The notes under the pieces were generated by a model. That model did no database searches, was not told the origin of the DNA, and worked only from the letters and a program-made list of their open reading frames with translations. Positions 10,666 through 20,339 of a stretch of 64,000 nt of DNA are shown in pieces. The DNA is from Promethearchaeota archaeon (lineage in GTDB: Archaea; Asgardarchaeota; Lokiarchaeia; Sigyniarchaeales; SOKP01). The translations under genes and the position numbers were made by a program. Numbering within the stretch: the first letter of the stretch is position 1; each line of letters opens with the position of its first letter. The stretch spans positions 21,338 to 85,337 of the forward strand of contig JBHLNF010000010.1 in assembly GCA_048937405.1 (NCBI GenBank), written 5' to 3'.

Positions 10666-10919
10666 ACATTTTTAATAAATATCATATTTAAAAATCTTTC
10701 TTAACAGATAGATCTTTTATTATCTTTAAATTTCTATTTTTTTATTCAATTGATGAAAATTGTTTTCCCCAAAAACAGAAAGTTAATAATTTAATTAATT
10801 ATTTCAAATATACCTCATTGCTTTTTATAATTTTTCAATTTTAAAATTTTCACAAATTTATTTAAATATACATAAAAGATGATATTGATAGAAGATAAAA
10901 ATTAGTTACTATATCAATT

Positions 10920-11186
10920 ATGATCTCAGTTAAATTAACAAAATCTAAAAAAAATAAAGACAATATCATAAGATATCAATGTCCAAAAAATCATTTGTTA
11001 TCAAAAATCAACTTGTCTTTTTATATTTGCAGAAGTGGATTGACTTATGATTTATTAAAAAACACTCACACACAATTCGGTCATTATTACAGATGTCCTG
11101 AATGTAATACTTCATATTATGAGGATGAATGGGAACTTGTAGATTTAGATTTTAATAATTTTAATGAGAATCACTCATGGAGGTAA
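10920..11186 (+). CDS. Small zinc-binding protein
   Basis: CPKNH...C...H..YRCPEC motifs, 88 aa. Confidence 0.6.
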   Translation: MISVKLTKSKKNKDNIIRYQCPKNHLLSKINLSFYICRSGLTYDLLKNTHTQFGHYYRCPECNTSYYEDEWELVDLDFNNFNENHSWR

Positions 11187-11192
11187 AATAAA

Positions 11193-11414
11193 ATGTATTG
11201 TATTCAAGATAAGAAAAATAAAAATGATTCAGACCTCCTTTTCTCTTCAAAAGAGATGGAAAGTAATATTATAGCTTTAAATAAAATAAATAATAGTCTT
11301 TCTGAATTGCAGGTAATTTCTATTGAAACTACAACGGATCTATATAATGTCATGGAAATCTGTGATCTTATCTTCCCAAAGACTGAAAAAAAAAATATAA
11401 AAAAATTAGTTTAG
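11193..11414 (+). CDS. Small hypothetical protein
   Basis: GGAGGT SD at the end of the previous ORF and a 6-bp gap. Confidence 0.5.
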   Translation: MYCIQDKKNKNDSDLLFSSKEMESNIIALNKINNSLSELQVISIETTTDLYNVMEICDLIFPKTEKKNIKKLV

Positions 11415-11662
11415 CATAGTTTTAGAGAGTTTTCAAATAAAGTAGAAAAAACTGGGGAGAATATAGAGGGCCCAATCCTCCGCTTTAACAATCTTATAAT
11501 AGGATAAATATATATATTAGTTTATTTAGATTATTAAGAGTTTATTAGATATAGAGTATGATTTTAATAATCTTTCATATAATTTCAATATTAAAAACCT
11601 AAAAATTTTAGAAGTAATAAAAAGAGTATTGATAAACTGGAATAAAAGAAAACTAGTTTTCT

Positions 11663-13249
11663 TTAATAGAATCTAATAGTATTTAACATTACTTTAAGTT
11701 GATCGAATATCTCTAATCGATATTCAAGTCCTATTTTAAAAAATAATAAAGATACCATCTTTTGTTCAAGGAGTTCATTTACACTTAATTGTTCAAGTAT
11801 TTGTGACCAATTGGTATTTTCAGAGACTCTAATACCTATTAGAACGACACTATTTTCCTCTATATTGTTAATAATTTTTATTATAACCTCCTTCCATTTC
11901 GGATCAGAATGGTCTTTATTTCTGGCATCAAAAATGCAGAAAACCGCATCAGAATCATTAACTTCAAGATTCTCATATAAGTAATTTTTCAATATTATGC
12001 CATTTGAAAATCTATATATTTTTTCTCCTTTATCGTCTTTATTTTTTTCAAGCTTATATTCAGAATTAATATCTGAAAGTATTTGAAAACCAGGACTCCA
12101 AAATTCATTTTCAGAGACAGTTGTTAAAATTAACAATTTATCTAAACTTAAACCTTGTTTTTTCCTTTTCTCTAATATCAAATTTATTTCTTCTAATAGA
12201 TCTAACTTAACCCTTTCCTCTTCTTCTTCTTTACTTTTTGTTATATAATGATAGGCAATCAATGTAAATGCATCTTCAACATTTTCACCCGAAAGAGCAC
12301 TTGTTTCTATATATGAAAGCTTGATATTAGGTTTTTGAGATAGAGTATTAACTAAATTTACTCCCTCTTGATATTCAATTCTTCTTTGATCTTTTAAATC
12401 TGTTTTATTTCCAATAATAATAATTGGAATTTCTTTACCACTAATGAAATTTTCTAATTCTTCATACCAATTTTTTATATTCTCAAATGATTCTCTATTC
12501 GTTAAATCAAAAACTATAAAAGCTGCTTGTGCACCTAAATAGTATGTCTGTCGAAACCGTTTAAAATATTGTTGAGCACCTACATCCCATAAACTATAAA
12601 TAATCTGATTTCCAAAGAATTGAATTGAATGTGATAAAATGTTAAGTCCGATTGTCGCTCTATAATCATGAGAAAATTTATTTTCCACAAAACGTCTTAC
12701 TAATGAAGTTTTACCAACTTCATGATCACCAATAATTACAAATTTAAATCTATATTCTCCTCCTTCATCTAACCTCATTTGATAAATTTGATTTTTTACA
12801 CGCTGATAATGAGTTGCCTCATCAATTTCATATTCGAAATTGGGGATATTAAGCTGAATCTTATCACCTTGTTCTGCATTTAAAATTTGTGAAGATTTTT
12901 CTGCTAATAGATAGGCATATGGACTTGCTTTATCAAGTGAAGCTAAACTATTCAATACAACACTTAGAGTTCTACTTTCATCTAAAGAAATGAATAAAAG
13001 TCTATACATATCAGTATCAAAACTTGCAGTTCCAAATTTTTTGAACATAAATTCATCTCGTATCCTATCAACTATCGGATTTATAATAGAGGTCAAAACT
13101 GATACAATTTCCATATCAACATCACTTCTTTTTTCTCCCGCAATCACAAATCCTTGTTTATCACTAACTATTACTGCTTCTACCTCTTTATTAATTTCTA
13201 GGAATTGGGTGAATAATTCAATAAAAAGTGTTTTTTTATTAATTGACAT
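11663..13249 (-). CDS. Roadblock/LC7 + Rab-like small GTPase + C-terminal degenerate GTPase-like domain (paralog B)
   Basis: Collinear with 5290-6849. VIVSDKQGFVIA; GDHEVGKT, WDVGAQ, NKTD, ETSA. Confidence 0.92.
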   Translation of the reverse strand: MSINKKTLFIELFTQFLEINKEVEAVIVSDKQGFVIAGEKRSDVDMEIVSVLTSIINPIVDRIRDEFMFKKFGTASFDTDMYRLLFISLDESRTLSVVLNSLASLDKASPYAYLLAEKSSQILNAEQGDKIQLNIPNFEYEIDEATHYQRVKNQIYQMRLDEGGEYRFKFVIIGDHEVGKTSLVRRFVENKFSHDYRATIGLNILSHSIQFFGNQIIYSLWDVGAQQYFKRFRQTYYLGAQAAFIVFDLTNRESFENIKNWYEELENFISGKEIPIIIIGNKTDLKDQRRIEYQEGVNLVNTLSQKPNIKLSYIETSALSGENVEDAFTLIAYHYITKSKEEEEERVKLDLLEEINLILEKRKKQGLSLDKLLILTTVSENEFWSPGFQILSDINSEYKLEKNKDDKGEKIYRFSNGIILKNYLYENLEVNDSDAVFCIFDARNKDHSDPKWKEVIIKIINNIEENSVVLIGIRVSENTNWSQILEQLSVNELLEQKMVSLLFFKIGLEYRLEIFDQLKVMLNTIRFY

Positions 13250-13435
13250 AAATCCTCTAAACCTTCAAAATTATATCAGTGATTAATATGTCTTTATCCT
13301 TATAATAAAACTAGCATTTTTAATATTTATTATATCATTATATCGAAATACATATGTTTAAAACTTCTTATTTTGTTAATTTATTATACTACACTATGAG
13401 TACTGTAGACCCCAAAAAACTAATATTATGGAATA

Positions 13436-14020
13436 ATGCCCTCTTGTATAGTTTGTCATTTAGACATTGATGAGAATACAGATTCCCACTTTATGTGTAA
13501 TAACGATCATCCTGTTCATAGAGATTGTCTAGCTGAATGGTTAATGCATTCGCATAATTGTCCCTTATGTAGTGATCCATATCCTCAAAATTTAATTAAT
13601 CAATTTAAAGATTATATGGAAAAAAAAGAACAAGAAAAACAAGCAGCTTTAGACAAGGAATTAGAAATAGAAACAATAAAAAAAATGCAACAAGCCACCA
13701 AGGAAATTATATATCAAAAATTTATTGAGATTAATGAAAAAAAAATTGAACAAGGGCAATATGATGAAGTAATTGAGAAGCTTTTAAATCGATACGACGA
13801 TAATTCTGTTGATGAAAATAATTTAAAAGTCCTTTTTTTGTTAGGAAAAGCAAATTATTTAAAAGGACGATATGATTTAGCAATAAACTTTTTATTTAAA
13901 TTAGTTAAAATTAGATTTGATTATCCTGAAGGATTTTTATTTTTAGGTAAGGCTTATGAGAAATTAGGTCTTGCTGATAAAGCCCAATGGGCATATGATC
14001 GGGTCAAAGAAAGCATATAA
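13436..14020 (+). CDS. RING-H2 finger + coiled-coil + TPR protein (putative E3 ligase)
   Basis: CIVC...CNNDHPVHRDC..W.....CPLC RING-H2 pattern. C-terminal TPRs (LGKANYLKGRYDLA, LGKAYEKLG). Confidence 0.88.
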   Translation: MPSCIVCHLDIDENTDSHFMCNNDHPVHRDCLAEWLMHSHNCPLCSDPYPQNLINQFKDYMEKKEQEKQAALDKELEIETIKKMQQATKEIIYQKFIEINEKKIEQGQYDEVIEKLLNRYDDNSVDENNLKVLFLLGKANYLKGRYDLAINFLFKLVKIRFDYPEGFLFLGKAYEKLGLADKAQWAYDRVKESI

Positions 14021-14067
14021 ATTTATTCTTTTTTTACCTTTAACAATTATAGTCTTAGGATAATATA

Positions 14068-14652
14068 ATGATGCAAATTTCTGAAGAAAAACAAAACATA
14101 ATTAATCAAATAAGGAAAATATACAGTTTAATATCAAAAGACAAAGATTTTAGCAAATTAATACCAGAAGTTAGAATGAATATATCAGGTTCTCTCTCTA
14201 ATGCAAAAGAGAAAAGTGAAATCGCTGCAATTGAGGGTCGCATTACAATAATCAATGGTTTCCCGAAAGCTTCAGGCGAAATTAAATTTGGAGTATCTGA
14301 TCATACCGCTAGATTGATTCTTACTGCTAAAGAGTTTGATAGTTCAATTAATTTTGTTATTAATTTAAAATATATACCCAAATTAATTGAATTAATTAAA
14401 AAAGATACAAAACTGGAGCTACAGGAAATCATAAGGGAACATCAACCAGAAAACGTGAAAAAGAAAGAATATTCAACAATGCAATGGTTGATAAAGGAGA
14501 GTGTTAAAAAAAAAGGGAAAATACCAGATATAATCTGGGACAAAGGCGCAATCGGGAAAGAACCAATGATGAGAATATTCGCCAAAAATTCTGATAATCT
14601 AATAAGGAAACTCGAACAAATTATTAAATTAATTAAAATATATAAAATCTAA
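14068..14652 (+). CDS. thiN: Thiamine-phosphate synthase, ThiN-type (stand-alone)
   Basis: LIPEVRMN, GRIT, FGVSDHTAR, PDIIWDKGAIGKEPM motifs. Adjacent to thiD and thiC. Confidence 0.85.
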   Translation: MMQISEEKQNIINQIRKIYSLISKDKDFSKLIPEVRMNISGSLSNAKEKSEIAAIEGRITIINGFPKASGEIKFGVSDHTARLILTAKEFDSSINFVINLKYIPKLIELIKKDTKLELQEIIREHQPENVKKKEYSTMQWLIKESVKKKGKIPDIIWDKGAIGKEPMMRIFAKNSDNLIRKLEQIIKLIKIYKI

Positions 14653-15482
14653 ATTTCTCTCACACTAACTATATCAAGATTAACTTTTACTACATTCCCT
14701 TGTGAATGATCCGTTGGACCATGGCCTTTACCTATATTAAGATTATTTGCTCTTTGAATAGCGTTTGTCAAATATGCTTTCGCGATATGCACGGCTTTTT
14801 TAATATCCTCTCCTTTAGCTAACTCAGCTGCAATGCCGGAGGCAAACGTGCATCCTGTTCCATGTGTGTTATTTGTGTTAATACGAGGACTACGAAATTC
14901 TGTAAAATTTCTCCCGTCATAAAGAATGTCTATTGATTCATCAATATCTTCTAAATGTCCTCCTTTTACAACTACGTTCTTAGCACCCATTTTAAAGATT
15001 TCAACTGCGGATTCTTGAACATGATTTAAATTTTTTATTTGAATTCCTGTTAAAATATGAGCTTCATGAATATTTGGAGTTATTACATGAGCTAAAGGAA
15101 CAAGTTTTGAGATAAGGGTATTATGAGCTTCGGTTTTTAATAAAGGATCGCCACTTTTAGCAATCATTACCGGATCAACAATTAAAAGCTCAACATTATA
15201 ATGAGATGCTCGATTAGCCACTAATTTTATTATCTCTGAATTTGAAAGCATACCTGTCTTCCAAGCATCAGCCCCTATATCGCTCATTACTGAATCAATT
15301 TGTTTAGCAACAAATTCAGGATCGATTTCTAAAATTCCTTGAACTTCGACGGTATTTTGAGCTGTAAGTGCTGTAATTGCACTCATTCCGAAAACTCCTA
15401 GAGCAGAAAAGGTTTTTAAATCTGCTTGAATCCCTGCACCCCCGCCTGAATCTGAACCTGCTATTGATAAAACTTTTTTCAT
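14649..15482 (-). CDS. thiD: Hydroxymethylpyrimidine/phosphomethylpyrimidine kinase
   Basis: IAGSDSGGGAGIQADLKTF, VDPVM, TPN..EA, THGTGCTFA. Confidence 0.96.
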   Translation of the reverse strand: MKKVLSIAGSDSGGGAGIQADLKTFSALGVFGMSAITALTAQNTVEVQGILEIDPEFVAKQIDSVMSDIGADAWKTGMLSNSEIIKLVANRASHYNVELLIVDPVMIAKSGDPLLKTEAHNTLISKLVPLAHVITPNIHEAHILTGIQIKNLNHVQESAVEIFKMGAKNVVVKGGHLEDIDESIDILYDGRNFTEFRSPRINTNNTHGTGCTFASGIAAELAKGEDIKKAVHIAKAYLTNAIQRANNLNIGKGHGPTDHSQGNVVKVNLDIVSVREI

Positions 15483-15551
15483 GATTATAAGTAGTAAAAA
15501 TGAGTTTTTTTAATTAAAATTTTAAAGAATAAAAATACTATTATAATTCTT

Positions 15552-16859
15552 TCATTTCTTTTTTTTTTCTAATGCTTCTTTTAAAAGCTTTATTGCACAA
15601 AATTCTCCGCACATACTACAAACTTCATTATCTTTAGAATTTCCATTTCTATAATGTAGCTCCCTTGCTAAATCAGGATTGATTGAACAATTAATCATTT
15701 GTTCCCAATCTAAGTTTTTTCTAGCAATGTCCATTTTATAATCCCAACTTGAAGCTCTTTTACCATATTTAGCAATATTTACAGCATGGGCCGCTATTTT
15801 AGAGGCAATTACTCCTCTTTTAACTTCTTCTTTTGTAGGAAGTCCTAAATGCTCTGATGGAGTCACATAACATAAGTAATCCGCTCCAGCTAAACCCGCC
15901 ATGGTTCCACCAATAGCACTTACGATTTCATCATAACCGGGTGCAATATCTGTTACTAATGGCCCTAATACATAAAATGGAGCATCTTCACACAGAGTTT
16001 TTTGTATTTTCACATTTTGTTCGATTTGATGAGCAGGAATATGACCAGGACCTTCAACCATCACCTGGACATTCTTCGCCCACGCTCTCTTTACTAATTT
16101 TGAAATTTCAATTAATTCTTGTATTTGGGTATAATCAGTAGAATCAAAAATACAGCCAGGTCTCAATCCATCTCCCAATGATAATGTGAAATCGTATTCT
16201 TGAGCCACATCAAGCAAATAATCAAATCTTCGATTAAAAGGATTTTCCATCTCATTTTCCAGAATCCAAGAAGCTAAGAAAGTACCCCCTCTGGAAACTA
16301 CTCCCATTGTGCGTGGATGTTGAACCAAATAATCCACAATTTCTTTTGTTACACCAGCATGAATAGTAAAAAAATCAACACCTTCTTTAGCTTGTTCTTC
16401 AACAACATTAAACATATCATCTTCATCCATGTGGATAATCGCACCTTTAGTTTCAATAGCTCTTAAAGCAGTTTGGTAAATGGGAACTGTACCTATTGGA
16501 ACCTTGAGTTCTTCAATTATATGTTTTCTGATTGTTTTAATATCAGTTTCAGTTACTCCCGTGCTTAAATCCATAACTGTATCTGAACCATATTTAACTG
16601 CGATTCTAGCTTTTTCTATCTCTTCTTCAATATTGCACACAGTTTTCGAGGATCCAATATTTGCATTAATTTTCACAAGAAGTCCTTTCCCAATACCTAT
16701 AGGAGGATCTAATTCTCTTCTATTCGATTTAGGGATAATTATTCTTCCACTTTTAATTCCTTTTCTTAAAAATTCAACATCTACCTGCTCGTTTGCAGCA
16801 ACTAATTCCATTTCTTTGGTAATTTTTCCGTTTTTTGCAGTTTTCATCAATGCGGACAA
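15552..16859 (-). CDS. thiC: Phosphomethylpyrimidine synthase
   Basis: KINANIGSS, DTVMDLST, SRGG, LGDGLRPG, EGPGH, CSMCGEFC. TTG start. Confidence 0.97.
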   Translation of the reverse strand: MSALMKTAKNGKITKEMELVAANEQVDVEFLRKGIKSGRIIIPKSNRRELDPPIGIGKGLLVKINANIGSSKTVCNIEEEIEKARIAVKYGSDTVMDLSTGVTETDIKTIRKHIIEELKVPIGTVPIYQTALRAIETKGAIIHMDEDDMFNVVEEQAKEGVDFFTIHAGVTKEIVDYLVQHPRTMGVVSRGGTFLASWILENEMENPFNRRFDYLLDVAQEYDFTLSLGDGLRPGCIFDSTDYTQIQELIEISKLVKRAWAKNVQVMVEGPGHIPAHQIEQNVKIQKTLCEDAPFYVLGPLVTDIAPGYDEIVSAIGGTMAGLAGADYLCYVTPSEHLGLPTKEEVKRGVIASKIAAHAVNIAKYGKRASSWDYKMDIARKNLDWEQMINCSINPDLARELHYRNGNSKDNEVCSMCGEFCAIKLLKEALEKKKK

Positions 16860-17021
16860 ATTCTCGAACCTTTAATTGATTTCTTTTTCCTATATCATTA
16901 AAATGTACTCTATAACAAAATAATAATGATAAAATTATATTCTTTTGTTTTATAGTTTAAAAAAATCCTGAAAAATAGAAATGATTAATTAGTAATAAAA
17001 AAAAATATTTAATTTTTATAC

Positions 17022-17351
17022 TTATATTTCTGGGGCAGTCATATTTAGTATCTTATACGCTTCGCTGAAATCCAAAATTATTTCTGCTTTATATTTAAAA
17101 TTTTCGATCCCTGCAGCCATAAATATGTTTTGCTTAGAGACCCTTTTCAAAGCTTCATTTTCTTTTCCTTTAACAATGTCAGCCATACTTATCGTCAGAA
17201 CATTTCCATCTTTATTTGATAAGACCCCTATACGAACGTTGGTCGTAATTGTTTTATCAAGTGGATTATCCTTTAGCCAATCCATATACCTTTTAGCAAC
17301 TTTATTTGATTGATTTGCTGGAAACCAACTTTTTGTTAATAAAATAGTTAT
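17022..17351 (-). CDS. Small hypothetical protein (SWxP family, paralog of 19307-19627)
   Basis: TILLTKSWFP aligns with TYIFVYSWYP. Proposed start ATA 17351 after GGTGA (ORF track gives GTG 17360). Confidence 0.75.
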   Translation of the reverse strand: MTILLTKSWFPANQSNKVAKRYMDWLKDNPLDKTITTNVRIGVLSNKDGNVLTISMADIVKGKENEALKRVSKQNIFMAAGIENFKYKAEIILDFSEAYKILNMTAPEI

Positions 17352-17608
17352 AAAAATCACCCTTAGTTTAACTTTTATAGATTAGATTTCCTAGTAAGTC
17401 TAAATATGAAATAGTTAATATAAGTCTTTACATTTTTGTCTTAATTTAGATTGATTATCTATCGTAAAATATCATTAAAAGAAGATTTAAAAAATGAAAC
17501 ATAATGAATTTATAAAACTTGAATAAAGAGAAAGGTAAATCAACCGTATTTTAAATGTATAAATATGTTTTAAACTGTATAATAAAACGTAAATATATAA
17601 TCAATATT

Positions 17609-19018
17609 TTATTTAGAATGCGTGTTAAGATATTCCCTAAACGTGCACATCTTATCCAAGGCCTTAGCTGCTAAATGTACCGACTCGAATACTGGAACTT
17701 TTAATTTAAACATTTCTCTTTTAAACAGTACTTTATTAGCAAAATCACTAGTATCATCTACAACTTTATATGCTAAACAAAAAAGTGGTTTTTTCATTTC
17801 CTTATAAGCTCGTTTAATAGTTTCAAGGAACTGACGGCCGAATTCACGTGTCTTAATGAACATCACTCCAGAGATATTAGGATCTGCATCTAAAGTTATT
17901 AGAGTCTTGTAGAATATTTCTGGATCGCTCATACTTCCTCCTAGATCCAGAGGATTTCGGAAAATTGTATTCACATCTGGAACAAATTGTGTAAACTTTT
18001 CAACTGTTTTAGGTGATAGTTTAGGTACTTTTAAATTATTTCTTTCAAAAGTATCAGTTGTTTCGATTGAAGCACCACCACCTCCAGTAGTAATTGCCAT
18101 ATTTCTATCTAAGGGCATGCTACTGATATGTTGAAATAACATTGCCAAAGTAATTAATTCATTTGAATCCTCTACTAATAGAGCACCAGTTTGTTTTGCC
18201 ACAGCTTCCCATATTTTTAAAGATCCCGCTAAACCTCCTGTATGAGACACGATTGTTTCTCTTGTCGCTTCTCCACTCCCTACTTTCCAGAGAATAACAG
18301 GTTTTCCTTTCAATGTTAATTCCTTAACAACCTTCATAAATTTTCTCCCAATTTCAATACTTTTAATATTTTCAACGTAGAGAGCAACTATTTTTGTCTC
18401 CTCATCATGTAAAAAATATTCCAAGAAATCTACAAAATTTAAATCGATTTGATTTCCGATTGATAGAATTTTACTAGGATAAGTGCCATAGATTGATTGT
18501 CCTTTCGTTGAAATATAAATTGCTAAACCTCCAGATTGAAAAATACCTCCAAAATTACCAGATTGATCAGTTAGGAGAATACGCGAAAATGAAACATGAT
18601 TTTTAGGTACAAAAATCCCTAGACAATTTGGGCCAATTATGCGTATTTCATTTCTTTTTGCAATTTCAAGAACCTCTACCTCTAAATGACGATTTCCAAC
18701 CTCTGAAAATCCTGATGCAAAAACAGTAACAAATGGTACTCCCTTCTTGCCACATTCTTCTAAAACTACCGGACAAATTTTAGCAGGAACAGCAAGTATG
18801 ACATAATCAATAGGATTATTCTCAGGAATTTCTAAAATAGAACCATACACAGGGATGTCCTTAATTGTGTTCCCTTTTAATCTCGGATTTACAAGATAAA
18901 TAGGCTTCTCATAGCCAATATTTAAAAGAGCATCAATAAAAAAACTCCCAGCTTGTTTTTCATTAGCACCTATTATACAGATACTTCTCGGATTGAATAA
19001 TTTTTCGAAATCAGTCAT
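17609..19018 (-). CDS. Acyl-CoA synthetase (ADP-forming) alpha-subunit-like protein
   Basis: CoA-binding N-terminus (LFNPRSICIIGA), ASGFSE, GPNCLG, QSGG, SHTGGLAG phospho-His motif, NPLDL. Confidence 0.9.
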   Translation of the reverse strand: MTDFEKLFNPRSICIIGANEKQAGSFFIDALLNIGYEKPIYLVNPRLKGNTIKDIPVYGSILEIPENNPIDYVILAVPAKICPVVLEECGKKGVPFVTVFASGFSEVGNRHLEVEVLEIAKRNEIRIIGPNCLGIFVPKNHVSFSRILLTDQSGNFGGIFQSGGLAIYISTKGQSIYGTYPSKILSIGNQIDLNFVDFLEYFLHDEETKIVALYVENIKSIEIGRKFMKVVKELTLKGKPVILWKVGSGEATRETIVSHTGGLAGSLKIWEAVAKQTGALLVEDSNELITLAMLFQHISSMPLDRNMAITTGGGGASIETTDTFERNNLKVPKLSPKTVEKFTQFVPDVNTIFRNPLDLGGSMSDPEIFYKTLITLDADPNISGVMFIKTREFGRQFLETIKRAYKEMKKPLFCLAYKVVDDTSDFANKVLFKREMFKLKVPVFESVHLAAKALDKMCTFREYLNTHSK

Positions 19019-19306
19019 CACAAAACGTATCAATTTTGATTTAGAATTACTATAATCAAAAAAGTGAATAAAGTTAAAATTTTGCTTATTTTTTTTAGTT
19101 AGATCAATCCTAGTAACAAAAGTTTATTTTTTTATTAGAAAAATCAAAGTGAACTACACCAATCCTAAAAATCGTGATATACTACAAGTATGCAACTGTT
19201 TCTAATATGGGTTAATCTGTATATCTTAAATAACTTAAAAAATAGTCTTTTTAAATCAAAATTATATTAAAGTTAAAAAAAAGTTTTATTTAATGGATAT
19301 AGAATA

Positions 19307-19627
19307 TTAGGGTAGACTTTTTCCTATCACGGCCAAACCTTCTTCTACAGTTGCCCAAACCTCAATTGAATATTCAAATCCTTCAATACTTAGGAACATC
19401 GCCATTTGAGTACGAGCACGAGTCAGAGCGTCCTCCAGTTTTCCTTCCATAACTTTATTGACACCAAGGGTTTTTATTCCTTCGCAACCTGTTTTTACTG
19501 CACTAGGGATAATTTCTTCAACCAAGGATTCATCTACAGGAAACTTTTTTAACATTTCAAGATAAACTTTAACAACTTCTTCGGTCTTATGGCTAGGATA
19601 CCAACTATATACAAAAATATATGTCAT
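19307..19627 (-). CDS. Small hypothetical protein (SWxP family)
   Basis: 106 aa, GAGGT SD, paralog of 17022-17351. Confidence 0.8.
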   Translation of the reverse strand: MTYIFVYSWYPSHKTEEVVKVYLEMLKKFPVDESLVEEIIPSAVKTGCEGIKTLGVNKVMEGKLEDALTRARTQMAMFLSIEGFEYSIEVWATVEEGLAVIGKSLP

Positions 19628-19778
19628 AATTTTTACCTCTTCTAATTTTAATTGAAATAATTAGATTTCGATGTGATTAATACTAGGATTTTTTATTATA
19701 AAAGTATTTACATTCTTGTACAATTAATATTTTAGTGACCATAAAAAAAGAATTGATGACTTCAATAAATCATAGATT

Positions 19779-20249
19779 TTAATCATATCCAATTTTTAAT
19801 TGTTTTAAGAGTTCTATTAAAGATTTTGTTAAGTTGTAATTTTTCAATTCCTCAAATGGGACAAAGCTTGCATCTAAGGCATCATCTGCAGCTCTAGGTG
19901 GTTGAGTAAGATCTCCTTCGATTTGTTCTACAAAATAATTAAGTAATACATAATGATATTCGATCTTTCCATTCTTATCATACATTATCTTATCAATGAT
20001 TCCTGCTAATTCGGTTACTTTCACTTTAAACCCTGTTTCCTCATATACTTCTCTCTCCGCTGCCTTTTTGACTTTTTCTCCTAGATCTAAATGCCCTCCA
20101 GGAATACTCCAATATCCTGCATCTGGATCATATTTTCTTTTTACTAATAATAAACGATTTTCTCGAATTAACAGTACTCCTACTCCAATATGGGGAAATG
20201 TGGGATAATGACGAATTTCAAAAAGATTTATTTCTTTTTTATCAGCCAT
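19779..20249 (-). CDS. Nudix hydrolase
   Basis: Nudix box GGHLDLGEKVKKAAEREVYEETG. Confidence 0.95.
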   Translation of the reverse strand: MADKKEINLFEIRHYPTFPHIGVGVLLIRENRLLLVKRKYDPDAGYWSIPGGHLDLGEKVKKAAEREVYEETGFKVKVTELAGIIDKIMYDKNGKIEYHYVLLNYFVEQIEGDLTQPPRAADDALDASFVPFEELKNYNLTKSLIELLKQLKIGYD

Positions 20250-20339
20250 ATTTCATCTAAATTCTTAATTAAATTATACTTTAAAAAAATGATTTTTTAC
20301 ATAATATCTTATGCAAATCTAAAAGTTATCAAAAAGAAT

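Noticed and set aside
16860-17020. TPP riboswitch upstream of thiC
   Set aside because: The region is AT-rich with no CUGAGA or other TPP core motifs.
19149-19185. GTGAACTAC... resembling an IS200/IS605 end
   Set aside because: The hairpin is degenerate and no tnpA/tnpB is nearby, so it cannot be supported.
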